This document shows, piece by piece, positions 53,541-64,000 of a DNA stretch of 64,000 nt (the stretch's first letter is position 1; the number at the start of each line of letters is the position of its first letter). Made by a program: the position numbers and the translations under genes. The stretch is from assembly GCF_009914755.1 (NCBI RefSeq), contig NC_060942.1, one strand, 5' to 3'. This DNA is from the human T2T-CHM13v2.0 reference genome, Homo sapiens. The notes under the pieces were generated by a model, which searched no databases, was not told the DNA's origin, and saw only the letters and a list, made by a program, of their open reading frames with translations.

Positions 53541-56500
53541 TATAATAACTAAAAACTGAAAACCAAAATGTTAATCACATGAATAAACAAAAGTGGCATA
53601 TTTATAAAAAAGAAACAAACCACTGATTATTGAAACAACATAGTCAAATCTGTTATTCTAAGTGAAAGAAGGTTGACAAAAAATAGTATATCCTGTATGA
53701 TTCTTCATTTATAAACTCCTAGGACAAGCAAAACGAATCTACAGTGAGAGAATGCTCAACAGGAGGTTGCTTGAAGTAGGGAATGGTGAATGACTGCACA
53801 GGGACACAAAGGAACGAACCTCTTGGGTTGATGTCTATGTCTTGATTGTGGTGATGATTACACATGTTTATACATTTGTCAGATCTTACTGAAGTGTACA
53901 ATAGAACAAACACATTTTATTGTATTTAAGTTAGACTTACATAAAATTGATTTAAAAAATAAAAAATCATAAACAATCCTAAAGGAGAAATGATTAATTT
54001 GTTTAAATTAAAAGTAGTTTTCCATTCAATGAAGGACATCATAGGCAAAAATAAAGAGCAAGTGACACAATGGGGAAGATATTTACAATATTTGAAACTA
54101 ACCATAGATTAATATCTAGAATATGCAAAAGACTCTTGCAAATCAATTAGAAAAAGTCAGAAACTTAAATACAAAATGGACAAAGGACATAAACAGAAAA
54201 TTTATAGATCCAGTAATCCAAATGACTGAAATACATATCAAAGGATACTCAAATTCATCAGAAAACTGTGAATGTAAAGTAAACACAAAATATAAGATAT
54301 ACTTTGTATCTATTAGAGCCTGGAGAAATGAGTAAAGTTGGATAATCCTAAGCATAGGGTGATAAATGACATGGACATACAGGAACCCTCCTGAACATTT
54401 ACTGAGCACGTGGATTGGCATAACCATGCTGGAGAGTCATTTGTGGCTTGTAGGGTATGTGGCCTTCAGAGACCAAGAGAGGTAAATTATGCTTTCCTGC
54501 TAAGAATATGTGTTTTCTCATATCTACTTGTGTATTACCAGTGGTTTTTGCTCTATGCTGTGTACATGAAGAATAAAAACCATTAAAGGTTTTACACATT
54601 CAATTCTTTATACTTCAATCATCAAAAAGTACCTTTTTCTACCTCCTGTACTTCTCTTTGCCTTGAATTCAAACCTGCATAACATGAGGAATGGATATCT
54701 GCTATGTTAACCTTTTTACTAACCTAGTTTGCCTTTATTCATATTTTATTCTCATCAGTTCCAAGCCACTTTTTTGTACGTGTTTGCCATTCAACAGGGT
54801 TTTGGGGTTTATTTTATGATCCCTACCAGCTGTTTCTTTTTATGAATGGGAGTGTTTCACCTGCTTAGAAGTTTACTTTATTAAGAATGACTGATCTATT
54901 TAGCCCATGATCTGTCATTTATCTTATAAAACCTATTTTTATGGCTTTAATTCTGTTTTTTTATTCACTCTTTGCTGTGTGTTTCTTCACAGAAAGAGCA
55001 AAATTCTTCCAGGGACACAAAAGGTGACTTGAAAAGATAGAGAGGCATTCTTGAACAGAACCACTCACAATCATAAGCATGCAAATTTTCCTAAGTTAAA
55101 CTAAAAATTAACATGATCGTAATGAAAGTACAACCTGATATTTAAATGAAGTGGCTTTTTAATTTGCATGGAAACATAAAGTAATAAAAATCATTGAGAA
55201 ACTTTCCACAAAAAAGGAGTAAGATTTCTGATAAATGTACCCTGCCACGGCCCATGGCTGCCAATCCCCTGGTTTTGTTCTCCAGAGGCAACCAATTTTA
55301 GCTGTTTTAAGGCCTATCTCTAATAAGCTCTCAATCTCAAAGAGCACACATTTACTACTTTATCAATTTTAGACATTATCAAATCATTTTCTGCTATTAT
55401 GGGTGGAGATTTAGTTCTTTTTTACTGCCTTCCTCCAGTCTTTCATCCTCCCCCACGTGGTTACATAACTGTGGTTTTGCACCTCAGTAAAGGCTGGCTG
55501 TGTTATCTGTACTTTGTTCAACATTGTTTGCAGCAGAGTCACTTAGTGTGTCTTGGTCACATTTTTGGAGAGGGTATACATTTGTTGTAATTGGAGTTTC
55601 TAATGAAGATTGTTTTGTCCCTACTGAAATGTTTTCCTTCCAATGATTACCTCATAAAAATCAAGATCTTCACTACATAGTTATTATGTTAATTACCACT
55701 TTTTTTTTCCCCCAAGCACCTTTGCTTCTGGAAACCCCTGTCCTAGGCTCTATCCTGGCCTAGATCTTCCCTAGGCCTGCCTGCAATCCTGTCAGCCTAA
55801 TTTATGTCTTAAATGGTCTCCTGGGTTGGGTCTAGTTTCCTCCTTTGCTCCCTGGTTTTATTGGAGCTACAATTTTGCTTTAGGGTTCTTGTTATATATG
55901 CTAAAGAGATCTCACATACCAGTATTGGACGTTTTTATCTCTTGGGATACAGAATTTCTTCAGACAACTTTTTTCTAATTTTCTCTGAACAAGATGATGT
56001 TCATTCCAAGGCTGAAGGTTCCCAAATGTCAGAGTGAGCCCGGATTTACTCCAAGGTGTCAATGTGACCACTCTCTTCAACCATTCGACCCATTTCTGTT
56101 GACAGTAATGTTCTAGTGTTGTGCCTGGGGATAAATATCAAGCTACCTTTGCTCTAATTCAAGGAAGGAGAGCAGGAAAGAATAGAAGGGAAGAGGGGTG
56201 AAAAAGTCACTTGGTTCACCTGCTAGATTCAGAGAACTTTAATCAGCGTCTTTGTTGTCAGCCCTACTTCTCACACTTACTATCTAGCATCTGCCTCCAC
56301 TGAGCCCAAGGCCCCTCCATCCAGGATTCTGAAAGGTGGGAATTCTTTACGGATTCCAGCTTTCTCTGGATTATACCAGGTCATGGAGGTTTCATTCCTT
56401 TGATTGTATTACAAATACATTTTCATCCATTTTTATCTTGCCCAAATCTTTGTACTCTCTCTTCTTTCGTGGCTCCCTTCCATACCACTATTATTGGTTT

Positions 56501-56639
56501 ATTCCTTGTCATATCTTAAAGCTTTCATTTCATTGTTTCAGTGGAGATTTTAGAGAAGCTGGGTGTGAAAACCTATTTGGTATGCAATCTTGTATGGAAA
56601 TCTATGATGTTTTATTATATACAGGCAAGTTCCTACCAA

Positions 56640-56800
56640 ATACTCTTCTTTTTCTAATTTTTCTTGACTACTATTTTCTATTATTTATCTCCATGGAGTT
56701 TACCATCATTTTGTCAAGTTCAAAGCAAAAAATCCAATTGGAATTTTAATTGGAAATGCATTAAATTGATTAACTTGGGAATGATTGTTTTTAATTTTTA
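56640..56800 (-). mobile_element. Old L1M ORF2 remnant (part of diffuse L1/HAL1 debris ~54620-59700)
   Basis: 'catcattttgtcaagttc..aaatccaattggaattttaattggaaatgcattaaatt..aacttgggaa'. Confidence 0.65.
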
Positions 56801-56946
56801 ATTAAATTTCCAAGCACTGTTTTTTTTAGCTTTGCTAATTATAAACTTCTAAATTTATTGCATTTTTTTTGTCAGAACCTGCTCTCTGCAATTTCTCCTT
56901 TTCCAAAGCAGTATAGTAAAGGTATTGTTCTTGGCATCATCTGACA

Positions 56947-57123
56947 CAGTGCTTGTCAACATGCAGGCTCCTAGACCGGCAGGCAGCATAAGAATCACCT
57001 GGAAACTATTAGACATGCAAATTACTGGGCCCCACCCCCGACCTTCTGAATCAGAAACTCATGAGTGTGGGACTCAGCAGCCCACCACAGGACTCTGATG
57101 CACACTCCATTTGAGAAGCACTG
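56947..57123 (+). mobile_element. MER5A (hAT-Charlie MITE)
   Basis: TIRs CAGTGCTTGTCAA / TTGAGAAGCACTG; internal 'atcacctggaaactattagacatgcaaatt..gggccccaccccc.gacct.ctgaatcagaaactc'. Confidence 0.92.
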
Positions 57124-58192
57124 ATTTTAACATGTAACTAGCCATGTCAACTCAGAAAAAATATTTGTTTAAATGTCCTCATACGTAAAATAGAGATGTA
57201 ATTGCATAAATTTCATAGCATTGTTATTAGGTACAGACAATGCTAATATACATGAAGTGCATGTCTCCTGGCATATTGTGAAGACAGAATGATTACTAGT
57301 GATTATGATAACCATTATATTGCCATACTGTATTTTTATCCAGTACAAGTAATAAAATAATACAATCTTTGCCATAGCCAATTTTGGTAAATGTTCAGTG
57401 TTTATTGTAAAAGTGGGTATATTCCCCTTTCTGTGTATATGAAACATTTCCTGTCTTTATAAAAACAGATGTTATCATGTCCCTCTTCTGTATACGTATT
57501 TCTACTTATTAATTATTTTGCTCATTGAGTCTATGAAGGATTATACATTTTGGCAAACTCTCCCAAGACTACTACATTTCTGTAAAATATTTCTGTAGTT
57601 TGAAAATTTGGCTGATGTGTATCAATACCTCACTACACTGCATATGAAATTCCCTCAGGTCTTTCTTTATTGTGAAGGGCATTTTTATTACTCGGAAATA
57701 GTTCTGTGATTTGGGGGATTTATTTATTATCATGAGTCTTTCATTCACTTTAATTTACTTAACATGTCTTTGCTCATTTTTAAGTTTCAATTATTTTATT
57801 ATCTTAACATTGAAGGATATTTTATAAGCATTTTTCAAAACAGATATAGGCCTATATATTGTAATGATAACTTACCCCTATTAGAATAACTGTATAGTTG
57901 TTCTGTATCCATTTGCATTTGTTATATTTTCCTGGTTCAGTCTATCTCCCCTTGTATTTGTTTTCTAACTTTTGCTATATGTGCTATATTTTTTGTATTC
58001 TTACATATTTTAGAAGGTTTTATTCATAACTAATGGTTACCTTTACATTTTTCAATATTATTATTTAATCCATGTTTCTCTAATTTTCAGTATTAAAAGA
58101 CAAACTACCTCTGCATCTCACCATTTATAGGCTATAGAATATAATGTGGTTTTGATATTCTCATTCAGTCTTATTTCATATAATTTTTATGC

Positions 58193-58570
58193 TGCTAGTA
58201 TTGTGTCCCTCTCCAAATGCATATGTGGAAGCTGTAACTCCTCATGTGACTGTATTTGGGATAAGGCTTTTCGTGGGTAATGAAGGTTAAATGAGGTCAT
58301 AAGGGCAAGATCCTAATCCAACAGGATTGGTGGCTATACAAGAAGAGGAGGAGAAAAATCTCTCTCATTGCACACACACAGGAAAGGCCACGTGCAGACA
58401 TAGCAAGAAGGCCGATATCTGTACCAGGAGAGGCCTCACCACAACTCAGCAGCGCTGGCACCCTGATCTCAGACTTCCAGCTTCTAGAACTGCGGAAAAA
58501 TAAATTTCTATTACTGAAGCCACCCCCAGTCTTTGGTGTTTTGTCATGTCAGCCTGAACAGATGAATACA
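58193..58570 (+). mobile_element. MaLR solo LTR (MLT1A-like)
   Basis: 'tgtgtcccctctccaaatgcatatgtggaag..ggttaaatgaggtcataaggg..gacttccagcttctagaactg..aataca'; near-TSD tatgc / tgtgc. Confidence 0.9.
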
Positions 58571-58975
58571 TGTGCTAATCATTATTATTAAATTATCTTT
58601 TTTTATACCATTTATCTTGTTTCTAGAAAAGCCATTAATATTTGGGCACTCCTCCACCTTCAGCATTTTGGTTTGCAAATATGAGTTTGAGGCAACATAA
58701 ATTTTATATCTTTGAATGTTGCCTGCTTACTTCTCCAGTTTCCTATTTTTCTTAGTTTTGTACTTACAAGGAAATTACCAGATGTGAATCTAAATGTGAT
58801 GTTTTTCATTGACTTTACCCTAAAACCTCTGGGCCTTTCAATTTGTACATCACTTTCTAGAGCTGAGGACTTACCCCCCAGCATATCTTTGGTGTTTTCC
58901 TCTGCATTCATTGCTCTTTTTCTTTTTTAGAAATGTTTTTATCTGTGTATTTCTGGCTCATTTTGGGTAATTATT

Positions 58976-59279
58976 TTTTAAATTAAAGTTTTATTTGAGA
59001 CAGTCTTGCTCTGTCATCTGGGCTGGAGTATAATAGCATGACCGTGGCTCACAGCAGCCTCAACCTTCTGGGCTCCAGTGACCCTCCTGCATAAGTCTCC
59101 CAAGAAGCTGGGACCACAGGCATGTGTTACCATGCTCAGCCAATTTTTAAAAAATTCTGTAGAGATGGAGGATCTCACCATTTCACTCAGGCTGGTCTCA
59201 AATTCCTGGGCTTAAGCAATTCTCCAGCCTTGGTCTCCCAAAGTGCTGGGATTACAGATGTGAGCCATTGTACTCAGCC
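58976..59279 (-). mobile_element. AluJ
   Basis: Diverged antisense dimer with J features (gcagcctcaacct.ctgggctc); TSD AATTATT 58969-58975 / 59280-59286. Confidence 0.93.
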
Positions 59280-61049
59280 AATTATTACTGTAAGTTATGA
59301 ACTACTTCAGAACTTTGATCTCTGCTATCTGTGGTAGCTTCTCAAATTTGTTCTTCAAAACAGTGGTTGAATCTTTTGCCATTTAAAATCAGTTATTTTC
59401 TATGCATGCTCCACCATGCTTTTTAATTTTATTTTTATTTCCTTATGTACAAAAATGGTTTTATCCATCTTTCTTTCTTTCTTTTTATATTCTAGTATTT
59501 GCATCTTAGCTTGGTCGGTTTACCCTTATGGCCACTGCTCTTTTTAGAAGAGATCCTACGTTATTGCAGCCTAGTGAAAAAGTCAATCTCTTGACTCTAT
59601 AGGAGGTAATTTCCAGAGGTTTTCTATGTAGGTTCTCTTCTCATATTCTATTTTGTTTTTTTGTTTTTTCTCTTTACTCATCTTTAAAAGTGGAATTTAG
59701 TCACATATTTTGGGACTAGCTCTAAATGCACATTGTTTCAGATTTCTCTAGGCTTATTCTGAATAGTCCCAACTTCAGTTCTTGCTACTTTTCAGACATC
59801 CATTTACTGCAGATTTACTACAGAATATGAATTCACTCCTACCCATATTGGCTTAGTGACCTCCCAAATTGAAAGACTGGCAGAAAAATAGAATTGGCAA
59901 TATACCCATTAATCGAGGTTCTTCTGACATTCACCCCAATCCTGTACCATATACGTAACTTTCTACTTGGGGAGAACCCTATTCTATGTGTTAAAATGTA
60001 CATGCATAAATGCTTCAATGTGTTCTAAGAATTTCTCACTGCCAAAAGGAAATAAATTTGAGGGGTAGGAGAAAGTGTCCTGAATGCCTAAAAAATTAGT
60101 GCTGTGAGGAAGAGCAGAAATCATGCAGTTCTTTCACTTTTAATCTAAGTCTTGGTCTGAAAAAGGCCAAAGGATGAGGTGACTTCTTGTCTTTATACAA
60201 GTGATCTTTCTCTGACAATCTAAGTCTTTCCATGTCCTGAGGTCAAGTCGGGCCAGGTTTTTTTTCCTGTTGCCAATGTTTTAAAAAAAGAAAGTGGGGC
60301 TCAGAGAATGGTTAACTTTATCAAGGTCATGCAGCTAAAAGTAGACTTAAAGCCTAACATCAAGGTCTGTACACTCAGCACACTTTTCCTTTACAGAACA
60401 GCAAACTGTCTTTTTAAAGACAAGATTGCTCACTGATAAACCTAAGGCAACTCTCATGATCTAAGGATTCATCAACACCACTGAAGAACACTTCCTTTGT
60501 GAGATATAATATCTAACATTCCCATCCTGAATCTTATATGAAATAGCAGCATGATTCAATTAATGCTTACCCACATGTCATTTATCAACTAGAAGTTCAC
60601 TGCAATGCAGTTTTACTTCCTCCTAATGCCTTCTTTAATTGTACTAGCTCGTGTAATCTTGTCCTATTTTGACCTCCTTTGATCCATATTGCTTCCACTC
60701 CTCCATCTCGCCTATCATCATACTCTACCTCATGCTTTGGGTCCTTTATTGAAACTTGTTTCTCCAGATGGCACCCAAAATTCTTGTTGGCAGAGGCCAC
60801 GTTTTATTCAATTGTTCTTCCATGCCATCTAGCTTAAAACTACACCCACAGAAAGTATTTACACAGTAGCCTGGACTAGGGTACCATGCTAAAACAGCAT
60901 TTTTCTCTGGAGACTGTTTACAGGAAAATTAAAATTTAATTAATAATCTAATATTGTCTGCATTTTTCTTAAGTTGGCTCAAAATAGTTTTTGTTTACCT
61001 TTTCGTTTTCTCCCTTGCATATACAATTTTTCATGGATATTAGGATTTC

Positions 61050-61260
61050 TTCTTTAGCTAACATTTCAGGAGAGTTTCCTATGTGCTGGGCACCTTGCTA
61101 CTCTATTGGGAAACATAAATGAGTAAGATTCAGTCTAGGTTGCAAATGCTGTCTGATGATCAAAACAGACATTTATTTAAATGATCTCAGTCAAATTTGG
61201 GAAATGATCCAATAAAGTTATGCACAAGAGGAGAAGAGAAAAGATTAAGTAATTTATTCT
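61050..61260 (-). mobile_element. L2 fragment
   Basis: 'cctatgtgctgggcaccttgctactctattgggaaacataaatgagtaaga'. Confidence 0.65.
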
Positions 61261-62477
61261 GGGGGAGCTCTCTCTTTTCAGAGATTAAAATCCAGCAAAA
61301 AAGCTCAACCCCAAAGTGCCGCCCATAACACCTCGATTCTTGAAACTTGAAATATAAACCTCACCTATTTCTTGTCAATGGTGCTATTTGGGAGTCTAAG
61401 GGCACTGGGACCTCCAAAGGACACAGGTAGACCATGACCAACAGCATAAGATATAACGAACATTTATACAGTGATGAAAAAATAAATCCCTTTCCTGTGT
61501 CCTTCTAAATTTATTTTGACTAGCTATTGAACAGGCGTTTCATAGATTCAATACATCACAACATATTAAGTGCTGCTCAGCTCCCGCCACTCCTGCTGCC
61601 CTGCTGTGGACTGTCTCTTTCTGTTTGCATCTTGCCCGTCCTCTTTGCATATAAACTAAGTGTCTCCATTTCTGCTCTCAGAGTGTACCATGCCACACAA
61701 CCGAGATTTCAAGAACAAATATCAACAGTGGCTAAGCCAAACATATCTTGTCAAGAGAGTGCCACTGCAGTATAAAGATTGATTTGTCAAGGGAGGTCTT
61801 GCATATAAGTAGATGTGAAGGCAAGGACTGAGGTTAACAAGTTTCCACTGTGGGAGTTTATTTATAACAAAATAACAAAAGGACAGTTCTGCCTCTGCCA
61901 ATTACTTTCCATCCTCTCCTACATTCATTGCCTAGTGGCTCCATTCATCACCAGGAAGCAGCCTCTGTAGCGCAAATACAGGTAGAGTTCTGTGGACAAA
62001 AAGCTTGCCCTCAGAACTTATGTCTTCATTTCGATTAGGACAATTTCATGCCATTCGGTACCACTTTGGAGTGTTCTTTGTGCCCGGTTCAGAGCTTAGA
62101 TGCACAGAGGAATAAAAGGGAAAGGGAAGACATGGACTTTATGTGTGAGGTGCTCACAAACACCAGACCCACAGGCATCACACTAAAGAAAGTGTGTGAT
62201 AAAGAGCTATTTGTATACATTTTAAATAATGAGTGCTGCAGGTCAGAGGAAGGAGACATCATTTTGGCCTGCGGCAGTCAGGCCTGGCTCATTATACGAG
62301 GTGGTGATTGAGTCTGAACTTGAGGAAGAAGTAGGTTGGGAGCAGACTGTGGTTGGTTACATATATATGATGACATGTGTCATCATCCACAATCTGAGTA
62401 AATTAGGAATCAGGGCCAGGGCCAGATGGTGAATGCATAAAGAGAGCAGGCAGACATGGAGATGGTTTGATTCGGGT

Positions 62478-62760
62478 ATCCACCCATTCAACAGATATTT
62501 ATTGCATGCCCTAGGAGCCAGGGATCCAACACTGGAAAAGATTTAGTTTCTATCACAAAGAAGCTCACATCTTAGTGGGGAACAAGATAGCATTCTAAAT
62601 GTGACAAGCATTTAGTTAATTACAAGAAGATATGAGAACTACTATAATGTCATGGAAACATAGAGGAGAAATATCCAAAATAGACTTAGACATAAAGAAA
62701 GGCTTTCCACAGGAGTTGATATCTGAGCTGGGAGAACTTGGTGAGTAGGAGGAAGGGCTA
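62478..62760 (-). mobile_element. L2 fragment
   Basis: 'cattcaacagatatttattgcatgcc..aagaagctcacatcttagtgggg..aaagaaaggctttccacaggagttgatatctgagctg'. Confidence 0.8.
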
Positions 62761-63788
62761 CAATGATTCAATTACTCTGGCTTCTAAAGGCAAAGAACCA
62801 AAAATGATGCAATCAAATCCTTTCTTTAACATAGACACTGTTCTCAGCAAGCTCCTATTCTAAAACTGTTCTCTCCAAAGTGACAGCTGGTCATGACTAG
62901 GGGTCTAGGATTAGTCAAACTGCAAACAGCAGTTGGCATACTCTATTCAAGAGCAAGACGTTGTTGTGCACCACTGCAGGCCTTCAAGTCCTTAGGGCAA
63001 AGAAAACCAGCAGCCAACTAACTCATGGCTGATTAACTCAGCATATCAAAGTCATTGGACAGCATCATGGCTAGATACTTTTACATTGTTGGGGGTAGGA
63101 GGCAGGGGAAAGCTCCTAACTTGGGAAAAGCCTGTTCCCTATCCTTGGCTCCAACAAACTGTTTTTCCCCTGAAACTAAAAAGAGACCTCAACCATTGCC
63201 AATTGCCCCTCAAAAATGTGTCTTTGGACATGAGGGGAATATGTGGACAGCATCTATTTCTCAACTGTGGGTTTTAGATTATATGGTGGAAGATAATAAG
63301 GTAAGTTATAATTGTTGCAGAATTGCTTTTCTGCCAGTGAATTCAAAGCATGTCCCTCGCCCTCCACATTATCCCTAGTTCTAAGCTTTACAATCTTTAG
63401 GGTGCCATAGGTAGCTATTGAAATTCTGCTTTGTCCTAAAAAGCAACTCATGACCCTCATCCTTCCTCCTACTGCAACTTCCTCCAACTCTGTTCTGCAT
63501 GATTGTTTCTGGCCCTCCCCAGGGTAGGTCCTATTTCTTCTCCTGATTCACCTAAGCACCCAAAACTCCACCTCCACTAAGATTGTGCTCACCTGGAATC
63601 TTTCACTGTTCCCTGGACCAGTAATACCATTGTGCAATCCTTCCTCAGTATCTGGTGACATCCTGTGTTTGGAATGGCCACTTCTAATGACTAGGAAACG
63701 CAAAGAAGTAATTAGTGAAACAGCAGGGTTTACAGGTTTCTAAAAAATTTTTCTTTTCAGTATTTACTAGCACCCAAAGGGCTTAAAC

Positions 63789-64000
63789 TAAAGCAGCTAT
63801 GTTGTCTGGGGTATAAACCCTGGGGTTCATCGTCTCACAGCAGGAAAACATGGACACACATGAGGAATTTAGGAGCAGAGGTTTAATAGGCAGAAGAGAA
63901 GGGGAAGAGAAACAACTCTCTCTCTCTCCACAGAAAGGGGTCTTCTGATTGGAAAAGATGGGCTAGAGATGGGTGCACCAGATTTTATAGTCTGGCTTGA
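63789..64000 (-). mobile_element. ERV1 (MER4-group, MER50/MER83-like) LTR 3' end, continues beyond the window
   Basis: 'aagcagc..gttgtctggggtataaaccc.ggggttcatcgtctcac..ggacacaca..ttaggagcagaggtttaataggca'. Confidence 0.75.

Larger units (their letters stand above)
48740..54440 (+). mobile_element. Ancient L1M ORF2/3' remnants: oldest copy (~48740-49560 and ~53967-54440) split by a second L1ME/MC (~49570-53966) that hosts further insertions
   Basis: RT-region motifs ('gacaaagtggagtttattctaggaat', 'gatatttgataaagatcaacat', 'atttgcagataat'), collinear ORF2 pieces, and an L1ME-type 3'UTR ending in an A-rich tail near 53966. Confidence 0.8.

Overview
AT-rich hominid (most likely human) non-coding genomic DNA. 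I found no protein-coding gene, RNA gene or CpG island. The listed ORFs are chance ORFs or come from Alu, L1 or microsatellite sequence. Roughly half the window is recognisable transposon relic: nine Alus (one near-consensus AluYc1-like copy), L1s from young L1PA to ancient L1ME/HAL1, L2/MIR fragments, MaLR/ERVL/ERV1 LTRs (several with intact 5-bp target-site duplications, TSDs) and DNA-transposon fossils. Worth follow-up: (i) consensus splice donors that by eye lie only on the + strand, with candidate exons at 4493-4659, 7835-7848 (14-nt microexon between inverted Alus) and 34656-34741, possibly a spliced lncRNA or UTR; (ii) a twin-primed 5'-inverted old L1MA inside a multi-layer nest; (iii) a 324-bp segment bounded by inverted repeats that I could not assign; (iv) a 32-bp palindrome; (v) a dense TF-motif cluster near 24.7 kb. 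Repeat family names come from recalled consensus sequences, not a database search, and boundaries of old repeats are approximate. I see no convincing evidence for a novel multi-gene system.
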